From positions 1 through 30,057 of the IMG/VR virus record IMGVR_UViG_3300019874_000018: DNA of 30,057 bases. One strand, 5' to 3'. Below are positions 1 to 7,858 of the stretch, one piece after another (position 1 is the first letter of the stretch; the number at the start of each line of letters is the position of its first letter). The notes beneath the pieces were generated by a model. That model did not search any database. It saw only the letters and a program-made list of their open reading frames with translations, and was not told the origin of the DNA. The translations under genes were made by a program, and so were the position numbers. Source of the stretch: a virus. Taxonomy: Duplodnaviria > Caudoviricetes.

Positions 1-137
1 GAAAAGGGAACGTTGCCGCTCAGTTCCATCTGGCGCAACTTCTCGTGGTACTTCAGCTTCAGGTTTTGCATCCACGGCGACACGTGTCTCCGCCGGTGGC
101 GACGGCGCTTCTCGCTCCGCCTCTTCCTTTTTGTCAT
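1..137 (-). CDS. possible small basic protein, truncated (MTKRKRRSEKRRRHRRRHVSPWMQNLKLKYHEKLRQMELSGNVPF...)
   Basis: Strong RBS AAGGAGG 9 nt before ATG at 137. Lies in the +1 frame inside the 1..453 ORF. Confidence 0.45.
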   Translation of the reverse strand, partial: MTKRKRRSEKRRRHRRRHVSPWMQNLKLKYHEKLRQMELSGNVPF

Positions 138-453
138 CGCTCTTGTCCTCCTTCGGGAACTCGAGACGCGCCAGCTTCCGCAGTGGCTTCAGCTGCTCCT
201 TCCGGAGGATCCAATCCGGGTGACCGAGACAGCGGCCGGATGTGAGAGAGAACTCCGCGGTCGCCACGATCGGAACGCCGCCCCAGCTCACCATCACTCG
301 CAAGCGAGAGCTGAACCGGACGAACTGTTCCTCTCTCTCCTCCTGCGGCTCGGTCGTGCGCCGATAACCGGTGGCGCCTCGAGCGAGACGCCCTGCATCG
401 TCCGTCTCGCGACCGACGACCGTCCAGCGAAGGATCTTGATCGTGTCGTCCAT
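1..453 (-). CDS. hypothetical protein, truncated at window edge (MDDTIKILRWTVVGRETDD...)
   Basis: ATG at 453, 4 nt after the stop of 458..865. Frame is open for 151 codons to the window edge and has an acidic tail. Not in the ORF track because it has no stop. Confidence 0.7.
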   Translation of the reverse strand, partial: MDDTIKILRWTVVGRETDDAGRLARGATGYRRTTEPQEEREEQFVRFSSRLRVMVSWGGVPIVATAEFSLTSGRCLGHPDWILRKEQLKPLRKLARLEFPKEDKSDDKKEEAEREAPSPPAETRVAVDAKPEAEVPREVAPDGTERQRSLF

Positions 454-457
454 CAGC

Positions 458-865
458 TCATTCTTTTCTGGCTTCTCGCGTCTCAATCTCTGAGACGAGT
501 ATCTCTTTCCACTCCTTTAGCCTATCGCTCCGGAATAGTTTCCCGAGCACACCGGTGTCTGCTGCCGCCACCTTCGCCATGAGCACTCGCAGCAGGAGTT
601 CCGAGCCGCGCGTCGGGAGCGGACGTTCCTCCAGCGGTAACTTGTTAATCAACAAGTGTCGTTTGTCTTCGCGCTCGACGTACCAAAGGGCCTTCTTCAG
701 ATCCTCTACCTCGTCGTTCTTCAGCCCAGCGCGCCACACATATTTTGTGGCGTTGCCCATGTTGAACGTCATGTACTCACAGAGTTCGATCGCCTCGAAC
801 CCGCTCGGGTGCGAGTTGTAGTGCTTCGGCCTATCCACCACGTCGAATTCTTTAGACCGTTCCAT
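458..865 (-). CDS. DUF3310-family protein (family includes T7 gp1.7 nucleotide kinase)
   Basis: Motif DVVDRPKHYN...EAIE...FNMGNATKYVWRAGLK...EDLKKALWYVERE. Confidence 0.9.
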   Translation of the reverse strand: MERSKEFDVVDRPKHYNSHPSGFEAIELCEYMTFNMGNATKYVWRAGLKNDEVEDLKKALWYVEREDKRHLLINKLPLEERPLPTRGSELLLRVLMAKVAAADTGVLGKLFRSDRLKEWKEILVSEIETREARKE

Positions 866-1394
866 CGCCTCGTTCCTTTGCTGCGAGCAGCATCTCCCGC
901 ACCTTGTCTGACAAGACCGTGTAGCGGCGGTCGTAGTCTTCCATCATCTCTGCATCTCCGCAAAGCATGACCGCGACTGCTGCGTCGACCACATCGCGCT
1001 GCAACGCAAATTTTTCTTCGTACGCCGCGCACATGTTACCAAGCTGGTCACGCTCATCCGTAAGCTTCGTCGCTTCGTCTGCCGCCTGCCCGATGAGCTT
1101 GTTCGCAGCGTCGAGCGCGCCTATGTAGTCCGGCACGTCCGTGACATTCAGCTGCCAGCACACCTTGTGCAGGCCCTTCTGGGCGGTAGTCCCAAAGGTG
1201 TCCCGGAGACGCACCAGGAACTGGACTGGCTTGCCCACCGTCTTATTGGTGAACAGATTCGTCCCCTGTCGGGGAAGCCCGCAGAAGAGGCACGCACACC
1301 AGACGTCCTCACCGACAGCGGCCGTGACGGGAAGGGTCAGCAGCCATCGCTGGCTGCTGACCACTTCGGCTTCGGGCTCACCGAGCTGTTTCAC
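852..1394 (-). CDS. hypothetical protein with CxxC/HxxC motifs and a C-terminal coiled coil
   Basis: GTG at 1394 overlaps the thyX stop (GTGA). CLFCG and HKVC motifs, heptad-rich C-terminus. Confidence 0.7.
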   Translation of the reverse strand: MKQLGEPEAEVVSSQRWLLTLPVTAAVGEDVWCACLFCGLPRQGTNLFTNKTVGKPVQFLVRLRDTFGTTAQKGLHKVCWQLNVTDVPDYIGALDAANKLIGQAADEATKLTDERDQLGNMCAAYEEKFALQRDVVDAAVAVMLCGDAEMMEDYDRRYTVLSDKVREMLLAAKERGDGTV

Positions 1395-2248
1395 GTCTGC
1401 ATCCACGGCTGCGGAAAGAGATTCGGCCAGCGCTCCTTGCAGCTCTTCTTCCACTTCCGAGCGAGCCGGAGGTACTCGAGATCTGCCGCCTCATGGTCCC
1501 GCTCCTTGAACATCTTCGCGAGCGCGATGGGATTCGATGTCCAGATGAACGAGGTCTCGCAGGCGTGAGAGAGGTACGGGCTCGCGCTCTCGAAGATGCG
1601 CTTCCGGTCCATGCCCGTCGGGGGCTTGCCGTGGGCGGCGGCGAACGCCTCCGTGCGGCGCAAAATGTACCGCATGTACGCATCGTAGTTTCCCTGCATC
1701 TCACTCCTAAAGTGTCCGATCTCAGCATCGTTCTCCAGGATCGCCGGGTGCGCGATGTAGCAGCCCGAGTGCTCCACGTACCGCGTGGACTCCTGAGAGG
1801 GGGAGCCTTCCTCAGTACGGTCCGCACCGACGTAGTGCCGAATGAGCTCGTGGGAAACGCGACGCGAGATCCCTCCGATGAAGAAGCTCATCTTCGCGTG
1901 GTACATGATCGAACCGTGCGGGACGTCGCCGGCCTGCGTGTTCGCGATGTACTCCGCGTTCGTCTTCTTCCCGGCCTTGAGCCCGAAGGAGTCGTAGCAC
2001 TTGCGTCCGGCGAGTTCGACGAGGAGTTCATTCCCTGAATGCCGATGCTGCCCGGTCGTGTCGTCATGGAGCTCGTGAGGGAAGAGATACATCCAAGAAT
2101 CGTGCTCCCCCGGATCGTACTGGTCTGGCATGCACTCCGGACGACGGGCACGCACCCACTCCGCCATCTGTCGGATTCCACGCCCCTGCAGATTCATCTC
2201 CGCGATCACTGCCACCACCGGTTCTTCAGTCAGAATTTTGAACGTCAT
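1391..2248 (-). CDS. thyX: flavin-dependent thymidylate synthase ThyX family, divergent
   Basis: ELAGRKCYDSF, HGSIMYH, GISRRVSHELIRH...SQESTRYV, ETSFIWTSN...KER...A.LEY. RBS GGAG and ATGA overlap at 2248. Confidence 0.88.
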   Translation of the reverse strand: MTFKILTEEPVVAVIAEMNLQGRGIRQMAEWVRARRPECMPDQYDPGEHDSWMYLFPHELHDDTTGQHRHSGNELLVELAGRKCYDSFGLKAGKKTNAEYIANTQAGDVPHGSIMYHAKMSFFIGGISRRVSHELIRHYVGADRTEEGSPSQESTRYVEHSGCYIAHPAILENDAEIGHFRSEMQGNYDAYMRYILRRTEAFAAAHGKPPTGMDRKRIFESASPYLSHACETSFIWTSNPIALAKMFKERDHEAADLEYLRLARKWKKSCKERWPNLFPQPWMQT

Positions 2249-2496
2249 TTCAAATACTCCTTGTCCCACTTTCTTCTCAGACCTTCTCGCAACTCTTCGA
2301 CGCCGATCCGGTGACCGACGGCTTCATCAAGCACGACCACCGACCAGCTCGTCACCGTGCACCGAGCAACGTCGATCAGGTACTGCACTCGTCGGAACTC
2401 GGCAGCTACACCGTGGCGCCTACCGAGAGCGTACATCGCGCACATGCCGATGAGCGCCGACATGACGATGGTTGCGTCATATACGTCGGAGCTCAT
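2245..2496 (-). CDS. small protein with N-terminal hydrophobic helix
   Basis: MSSDVYDATIVMSALIGMCAMYALGRRH. ATGA overlaps at both ends. Confidence 0.7.
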   Translation of the reverse strand: MSSDVYDATIVMSALIGMCAMYALGRRHGVAAEFRRVQYLIDVARCTVTSWSVVVLDEAVGHRIGVEELREGLRRKWDKEYLK

Positions 2497-2903
2497 TCCC
2501 ACTCCTTCCGCCAGCCCTTGTGCTTGCCATCGTGGCCCTTCTCGTGGGTGCACCAGATGGACGTGATGCCGTTCTTGAACGTGTACACCTCTCGGCACTG
2601 CACCCAGCGCTTCGGAGCGTCCGGAGGGAATTGCCGGACATCTTTCGTGCCGTGGAGCTTCAGGCCATGCAGCGCTGCGAGCTCTTTGCCTGACAGATAT
2701 TGCCCGGTCGCTTTCTCTTCCGGACTCGGGGGATGCCATACGACTTCGAGCCGTCCGATGTTTCCGTCCATGTAGAACTGGGCGCCGCTGGCACGGGCAT
2801 CGAACCAATAGATCTGCCAGTCGACTCCGTAGACCCCCCCGGAATCCTTGTCGGTGATGAGCCAACGTTCGATGTCTCCCGTCGGGGCGCGGACGCTGCT
2901 CAT
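2493..2903 (-). CDS. hypothetical protein with C-terminal C...CxxxxGHxGxH motif
   Basis: ATGA overlaps at both ends. WCTHEKGHDGKH. Confidence 0.75.
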   Translation of the reverse strand: MSSVRAPTGDIERWLITDKDSGGVYGVDWQIYWFDARASGAQFYMDGNIGRLEVVWHPPSPEEKATGQYLSGKELAALHGLKLHGTKDVRQFPPDAPKRWVQCREVYTFKNGITSIWCTHEKGHDGKHKGWRKEWE

Positions 2904-3100
2904 AGGGACGGCACCGTGAGGTACATCGTGAACGAATCCACTCCGTCATCAGGCCCACGAGTGGTTCGTTTCGACCACTGTTGTGCGAACTCCTCTTCCC
3001 CCAGGTACCGCTCCATTGCATCCTTGTAACAGAGCGTGCATTCGCGCTTCAGGGAATGACTGCACCGGGCCTCCCGGATGAATTCGATAGCGACTCTCAT
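2900..3100 (-). CDS. small Cys-rich hypothetical protein
   Basis: MRVAIEFIREARCSHSLKRECTLC. ATGA overlaps at both ends. Confidence 0.7.
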   Translation of the reverse strand: MRVAIEFIREARCSHSLKRECTLCYKDAMERYLGEEEFAQQWSKRTTRGPDDGVDSFTMYLTVPSL

Positions 3101-3315
3101 GGCGCGCCCTCGGAGAGGGTGTGAAGCGGGCAGATCCAGCCGTTGCCTCGCTGTTGCCATCCCAAGTGCTCGAGATCGGCGTCTGTTGTCCCCATCGGCA
3201 CGGAGACTCCATGGCCCTCCGTTGTGAATTTCGGGGCCAATGGATGGCAGTACCGATCGTAGTGTCTCTCACCAGTCTCTTCGTCCGTCCACTCGAGTGA
3301 GCGAAGAACCGCCAT
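3097..3315 (-). CDS. small hypothetical protein
   Basis: MAVLRSLEWTDEETGERHYDRYCHP...GWQQRGNGWICPLH. TGATG and ATGA overlaps. Confidence 0.7.
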   Translation of the reverse strand: MAVLRSLEWTDEETGERHYDRYCHPLAPKFTTEGHGVSVPMGTTDADLEHLGWQQRGNGWICPLHTLSEGAP

Positions 3316-3503
3316 CAGCAAGCCTGCTTTCTGAAGTGCGTGAGGAACCATTGGATGGCCTCTGGGCTCGGCAGGACACCCTTGTCGATGCACTTCAGGA
3401 TCTCGCCGGCGTGGTGCGAGATGGCCCACTCGGACGGAGCGCAGCTGGATGCGAGGCGACCCAGGAACTCACGTTCGTTCTCGTTGAGGATGAGTTCGTT
3501 CAT
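3315..3503 (-). CDS. small hypothetical protein
   Basis: Coupled overlaps at both ends, RBS GGAG. Confidence 0.7.
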   Translation of the reverse strand: MNELILNENEREFLGRLASSCAPSEWAISHHAGEILKCIDKGVLPSPEAIQWFLTHFRKQAC

Positions 3504-3766
3504 GGTTTGACTCCGAGGAGCTCACGGAGCTCTTCCGAGCGGGCTCGCTTGCCGGCGGCGTAGGCCTCCTCCAGAAGGCCAACGATTCTTTCCGCGTCGG
3601 ACGCCCAATGCTTTCCGTCTTCAGTCAACACCTTCTGCGCCCAATCGTTTGTTGGCTGCAACAGGTGCACTCCGTTTGCATACTGAGGCAAGCCAGGACC
3701 CCGCATCTTCACCACAAGGCCGAGTGCATCACTCTCCACCGTGAATCTGTACTTCGGTTCGGCCAT
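3500..3766 (-). CDS. hypothetical protein
   Basis: TGATG and ATGA coupling. LEEAYAAGKR motif common in small phage proteins. Confidence 0.75.
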   Translation of the reverse strand: MAEPKYRFTVESDALGLVVKMRGPGLPQYANGVHLLQPTNDWAQKVLTEDGKHWASDAERIVGLLEEAYAAGKRARSEELRELLGVKP

Positions 3767-4044
3767 CAGCAGTCCCTGCTTCCGACGTAGTGCCGTCCCA
3801 GCTTCACTATCAGCTCCGTGACCGTGCTCGACACGAGCGTAGCGCCAGGCTCGTCAGGACAGGAGACGGTGCCATCCGGATCCGTCCACAGCTTGAGCGA
3901 CTTCTCCGGCGGCAGCTCGCGCCATCCCCATTCGTCCTCCCTGAGTCCTGGGTCCCCCATCGCCTCGATGTACACCTTGGTCGCGTCCTCCGGGCTCTCG
4001 GCGATCACCCAGTCGTTGTCGTTGTCGTACATCTTGAGCGTCAT
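3766..4044 (-). CDS. hypothetical protein
   Basis: Coupled overlaps. DWVIAESPEDA motif. Confidence 0.75.
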   Translation of the reverse strand: MTLKMYDNDNDWVIAESPEDATKVYIEAMGDPGLREDEWGWRELPPEKSLKLWTDPDGTVSCPDEPGATLVSSTVTELIVKLGRHYVGSRDC

Positions 4045-4565
4045 CGGACCATCCTCGCGCCGGCAAGCGCGTTAGCGAGAGCATCGCTCGCGTGTTCCTT
4101 CATCACCTCTGGGCAACCGCTCACCACGGCGCGCACCGCGCGGGCGACCTGCGCCTTCGAGGCGTTGTTCTTGATTCCTACGAGCACCTTCTTCGTCTGC
4201 GCGGGGCTCGGCTCCACGAAGCGACACCCGAGGTCGTAGGCGAAGGCGCGCACGAGGCCCACAACCTGTTGCACCTTGAGCGCCTCCGCATGGGTCTCTC
4301 CCGTGCGACGCTTCCCCTCGTGCGTCCCAGACTGCTCCTCACACGCTATCACGCAGTCGCCGATCTTGCGCCCGCGCCACGGCTCGATGGGCATCTCGTG
4401 CAACGCACGATAGACCGCATAGAGCCGCTCATGAAACGCAAGCGACGGAGGCGTATGCACCGTCTCGGAATGGACGCAACGCCACCGCTGGTCCGCGGCG
4501 CGCGTAATGATCCCGAGGCCGCAGTTCGCGTACCCAGGATCGACGCCGAGCGCGAGCTGGATCAC
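4041..4565 (-). CDS. ruvC: Holliday junction resolvase RuvC
   Basis: ALGVDPGYANCGLGII, VIACEE, PSPAQTKKVLVG...ASKAQV, EHASDALANAL. GTG start at 4565. Confidence 0.92.
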   Translation of the reverse strand: MIQLALGVDPGYANCGLGIITRAADQRWRCVHSETVHTPPSLAFHERLYAVYRALHEMPIEPWRGRKIGDCVIACEEQSGTHEGKRRTGETHAEALKVQQVVGLVRAFAYDLGCRFVEPSPAQTKKVLVGIKNNASKAQVARAVRAVVSGCPEVMKEHASDALANALAGARMVR

Positions 4566-4566
4566 C

Positions 4567-4857
4567 TCAATACACTCCGCGGCCGCGATAGTTTTTGTCG
4601 CAGGCGCGTTCTGCGATGAAGACGCTCGATTTGATGTGACGAGCGGGAAGCTCCAATATCTCCTGCAGTGATTCCTCGAGAGCCAGCACACGCACCATCT
4701 TTTCCTTGCACGCCTCGATGAGCGTCCATGAATCCCCGGGGCGATCATCCGTGTCGACGCCCAAGATCTGGCACGCATCCTTCACATGAGCGTGAAGGTC
4801 ATCGAGCTGCTCCTTCAGATGCGCCACCTGATTCTCGAGTTCTGTGATGCTGTTCAC
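4567..4857 (-). CDS. coiled-coil hypothetical protein
   Basis: GTG start overlapping the upstream TGA. Heptad ITELENQVAHLKEQLDDL. Confidence 0.7.
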   Translation of the reverse strand: MNSITELENQVAHLKEQLDDLHAHVKDACQILGVDTDDRPGDSWTLIEACKEKMVRVLALEESLQEILELPARHIKSSVFIAERACDKNYRGRGVY

Positions 4858-5075
4858 GAGCGGGAGGTCCTTTCCCAATTCTCTTGAGCACGTTGGCCCG
4901 CTTTGTAGTTCTCCACCGTCAGGTCCTGTACCATGTACTCAGGTTCGCAGGTGCACCGCTCGGGCGTGCAAGCGTCGTCGTGCATGATGGTCAGGTGCAC
5001 GGCCTCCCCATCGAACGTTCCGGCAGCAACTGCAGCCTCGAATTCAGCCCGGTTCGCGAATCGAACCGGGCTCAT
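4854..5075 (-). CDS. small hypothetical protein (HDDAC...CxCxP metal motif)
   Basis: Coupled overlaps. IMHDDACTPERCTCEP. Confidence 0.75.
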   Translation of the reverse strand: MSPVRFANRAEFEAAVAAGTFDGEAVHLTIMHDDACTPERCTCEPEYMVQDLTVENYKAGQRAQENWERTSRS

Positions 5076-5116
5076 ATTGCGCTCCCGGGCAGCGCCATCT
5101 CATCAGGCTGGATCAT
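5072..5116 (-). CDS. 14-aa micro-ORF (MIQPDEMALPGSAI)
   Basis: ATGA overlap at both ends, exactly bridging the flanking genes. Confidence 0.4.
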   Translation of the reverse strand: MIQPDEMALPGSAI

Positions 5117-5292
5117 TTACGGCTCCCGACTTCTTTACCTGTCTGGTACGCGCGCATCAGAAGGACAGCTAGCTCTTTCTGCATCGTCGGACTGAAGTAG
5201 ACCGCGGTACAGAGCATCGGGCATTCGTCCTCGACGCCGTCCCGCAGAATCACCTGCAGAGCCTCTTCGTCTTCCCCCGGTCGCTCGCTCAT
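5113..5292 (-). CDS. 59-aa hypothetical protein (MSERPGEDEEALQVILRD...)
   Basis: ATG at 5292 overlaps the TGA of 5289..5606. Below the ORF-track size cutoff. Confidence 0.65.
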   Translation of the reverse strand: MSERPGEDEEALQVILRDGVEDECPMLCTAVYFSPTMQKELAVLLMRAYQTGKEVGSRK

Positions 5293-5606
5293 TCGAGTCC
5301 GTCGCTTTCGTGCTCGACGCCTGGAACGGGAGGCACCGGGACCATCTCGTCCAAAAACAGCTTCAGCTCACGGAGCCGCTCATGTAGCCATGGCACATCG
5401 GTCTCGTTAGTCACTTCGAGCATGACCGCCAGGCGGTCGCTCGAGACCGAGATTGTTGCCTCCCCCGTCCAGCGCAGCGCCCGAATGATTCGGAGAGCTC
5501 CGAGCATCTTCGTGGGATCCGTCGCCCAACCCTCCTCCCACCACCAGGGCGTCATGTCACCCACGAGGGTGTTCACCCCAAGTCTTGCGGCGAGCGCTTT
5601 CGGCAT
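5289..5606 (-). CDS. hypothetical protein, possibly leaderless
   Basis: ATG 9 nt after a TATCAT -10 element. No RBS. Confidence 0.7.
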   Translation of the reverse strand: MPKALAARLGVNTLVGDMTPWWWEEGWATDPTKMLGALRIIRALRWTGEATISVSSDRLAVMLEVTNETDVPWLHERLRELKLFLDEMVPVPPVPGVEHESDGLE

Positions 5607-5608
5607 CG

Positions 5609-5643
5609 GCTAGCCATGATAGCCAAGCCGGCTAGCACGTCAA
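5609..5643 (-). promoter_or_regulatory. sigma70-like promoter overlapped by GGCTA(G/T)C boxes
   Basis: TTGACG (5643-5638), 16-nt spacer, TATCAT (5621-5616). 15/17 match to the operator-like motif at 12999 and 26889. Confidence 0.65.
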
Positions 5644-5650
5644 CCGGAAC

Positions 5651-5836
5651 CTACGCGGCGAGCCAGATGGCTGCGTCATGAAGCTCTGGCGGCGGGTGCG
5701 GCCAGAATGCCTTTTCTCTGGCGGTGAGGCCAGAAATGGCGATGGGCGCGCCGGCAGGCCAGCAGCCCCGGCAGTAACCCCGTTTCGTGAACGTCCCGCA
5801 GGCGACCGCGCGGCGCTTGTGCTTCCAGCACTTCAC
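5651..5836 (-). CDS. small zinc-finger-like protein
   Basis: CxxH...C...CxxC. GTG overlaps the kinase stop. Confidence 0.65.
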   Translation of the reverse strand: MKCWKHKRRAVACGTFTKRGYCRGCWPAGAPIAISGLTAREKAFWPHPPPELHDAAIWLAA

Positions 5837-6621
5837 AGCGCGTTCCGCCCGTTCGCTACGAGCACTTCCTCGATATCGGTGACCTTGCTCGTCGGGGTGT
5901 GCCCCGGGTCGAAGACCACCAGCCGGTCCCAGTCGTCTCCGTCACCGGGCTCCGCAACGTGCCACCCGATGTTCCCCCGGTGCACGTCGCGGAGGTACAC
6001 GCGGTTCGATGCGAGCATCGAGAGAGACTCTCCGAGAGGCCCCGCAATCGCGCCACTGAAGTACCGGTTCAGGATGCGCTCGATCTTCGTCTCAATCTCG
6101 TCCGAGTGCCGCTGGTGCCATTCCCTAGCGGCACCCTGGTACTGCGCGAGGCCGTAGATGGCGTCCGAGAAGTCGACCGGCAACGGTTTGCCGTCGCTGA
6201 CCTCTCCGCCGCCAAGCTTGCTGAACTGACCGGTGCCCGGGAGCTGCCCGAGCTTCGCAAGCGAGAAGTCCGTGTAGTCGCCGCCCGCCTTGTACACCGG
6301 AGCGACGGACTCCCTGACGATCGCCCACACTTTTTTCTTCCGGCCACCGTACGGGATATCCGGAAGGATCCGGGTGATGCTCTTGATCTCCGGGAACCCT
6401 CCCTCGCCGTACCGCTCTTCTTTCATCAGCCCCACGATCTTCGACCAGATGGGACCCTCCGTCGGGTCGATGCTGAACTTCACGACCCACGGCGGGGTGC
6501 TGTCGAACACGCACCCGAAGTGACCGCATCCGAGCATTGCACCGAGCGGCACACCGAGAACCTTCTCGAGCGCATCACGCTTCGTGAGCAGCGCCTCGAC
6601 CCAGCCCTTCTTGCGACTCAT
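5833..6621 (-). CDS. protein-kinase-like (Ser/Thr kinase fold) protein
   Basis: Gly loop LGCGHFGCVF, beta3 Lys WVVK, alphaC Glu (PTEG), catalytic loop RDVHRGN, Mg-binding FDPG. ATGA start at 6621. Confidence 0.85.
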   Translation of the reverse strand: MSRKKGWVEALLTKRDALEKVLGVPLGAMLGCGHFGCVFDSTPPWVVKFSIDPTEGPIWSKIVGLMKEERYGEGGFPEIKSITRILPDIPYGGRKKKVWAIVRESVAPVYKAGGDYTDFSLAKLGQLPGTGQFSKLGGGEVSDGKPLPVDFSDAIYGLAQYQGAAREWHQRHSDEIETKIERILNRYFSGAIAGPLGESLSMLASNRVYLRDVHRGNIGWHVAEPGDGDDWDRLVVFDPGHTPTSKVTDIEEVLVANGRNAL

Positions 6622-6836
6622 TCGGCGCGATCCACTGCTGGGATTTCTCGCACCGTGTGCTTGCCGTTCGCGCACGGCGGGTGTCCGGCTTCGAGCTTGT
6701 TCAGCTTAGGATCCATCCGACACGAACGGACGCAGGCCTTCGCATCAGTGCGCGCGGTCGCTTCGTAGGCGTACGGGTAGTGCCTGACGTTGCCGTCTGG
6801 ACACACGATCTGCCACCACGAGAGCGCCACCGTCAA
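6618..6836 (-). CDS. small Cys-containing hypothetical protein
   Basis: TTGA and ATGA coupling. Confidence 0.65.
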   Translation of the reverse strand: MTVALSWWQIVCPDGNVRHYPYAYEATARTDAKACVRSCRMDPKLNKLEAGHPPCANGKHTVREIPAVDRAE

Positions 6837-7858
6837 CGCCGCGTGTTGACAGCGAAGTGGTGGGCCGAAGCGTAATGCTCACGCGGAGATTCCGGATCGA
6901 ATGGCCGCTCGTCGTACTCGCGAGCCATGCGCTGCACTCGCGGAAGCCCGCGCTCCTGCGCGGCGCGGGATGCCATCGAGCGCCGCGGAGGCGGGGGAGG
7001 CGGGCGACGCGGATGACCCTCGTTCTCGAGATACGCGAGCTCCACCGGATCCGTCGGCATCTTGCGACGGGGGCGAGGTGATGGATCTTCCGCACGAATC
7101 CACTGAGCCCGATCTGCAACACCAGCTCCGAACTCGATCATCGCTTCCGACGGAGTGAACCCGACCTGGTACAGCCGCCGCCAGTACTCGCTGTCCTGTC
7201 GACGCGCCCCCACCTCGGACAGCTGCTCGTCCACAGCGCTGCACCAACGCTGGTAGCTCACCGTCTGCCGGTTCTCGAGCAGCTCGGCACGCGGCTCCAT
7301 GAACGCCTGGCGGAGTCGCTCCTGGCGCTCGGCGTGCTCTTCCTCGCGCTGCGCCGGAGGCACGAGGGCTTGTTCGAGTGCCGCTCGTTCGTCAGCCGGC
7401 ATTCGGTGCGCCGGGAGCCGGGCGAGGAACTCATCCTCGGCGAGGACGAGTGCAATCTCGAAATCCTGATCGACGTTCTCGCCGCGCGCCTCTCGGTTGC
7501 TCACCGAGATCTTGAATCCGATGTCGTTCCGATCCACCGGCGCACTCATGAACGTGATGCTCGCGGCGTGCTCCGAGAGACACTCATGCACTCGCTCCGA
7601 GAACTCTGGATTCACGAGGCGCTGTTTGTATCTCGCGCCCATCGCCTCGCAGAGACCGGTCTCGAAGTCTGGAGCTATGAATTTTTCACCGGGGTCGACC
7701 GTGAACTCGAAGCCAACATCGACCGGTTTGATGTCGACCGCCACGTTCCCCTTCGTCAACCACTTGAGCACCCGATCCTGAAACTTCGGGTCCAGGTCGT
7801 ACAGCGTGACATCGTCGCGGTCGGTCTTCTTCGCCATCGGGGGAGGGCTCGGGGTCAA
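6833..7858 (-). CDS. hypothetical protein with Pro/Arg-rich C-terminus
   Basis: 341-aa ORF coupled to the dnaB stop (TTGA). Alternative ATG at 7837. Confidence 0.8.
   Translation of the reverse strand: MTPSPPPMAKKTDRDDVTLYDLDPKFQDRVLKWLTKGNVAVDIKPVDVGFEFTVDPGEKFIAPDFETGLCEAMGARYKQRLVNPEFSERVHECLSEHAASITFMSAPVDRNDIGFKISVSNREARGENVDQDFEIALVLAEDEFLARLPAHRMPADERAALEQALVPPAQREEEHAERQERLRQAFMEPRAELLENRQTVSYQRWCSAVDEQLSEVGARRQDSEYWRRLYQVGFTPSEAMIEFGAGVADRAQWIRAEDPSPRPRRKMPTDPVELAYLENEGHPRRPPPPPPRRSMASRAAQERGLPRVQRMAREYDERPFDPESPREHYASAHHFAVNTRR

Noticed and set aside
6573-6589. 13/17 match to the iteron inside the kinase gene
   Set aside because: It is a single degenerate copy 4 kb from the cluster and is explained by LTKRD codons.
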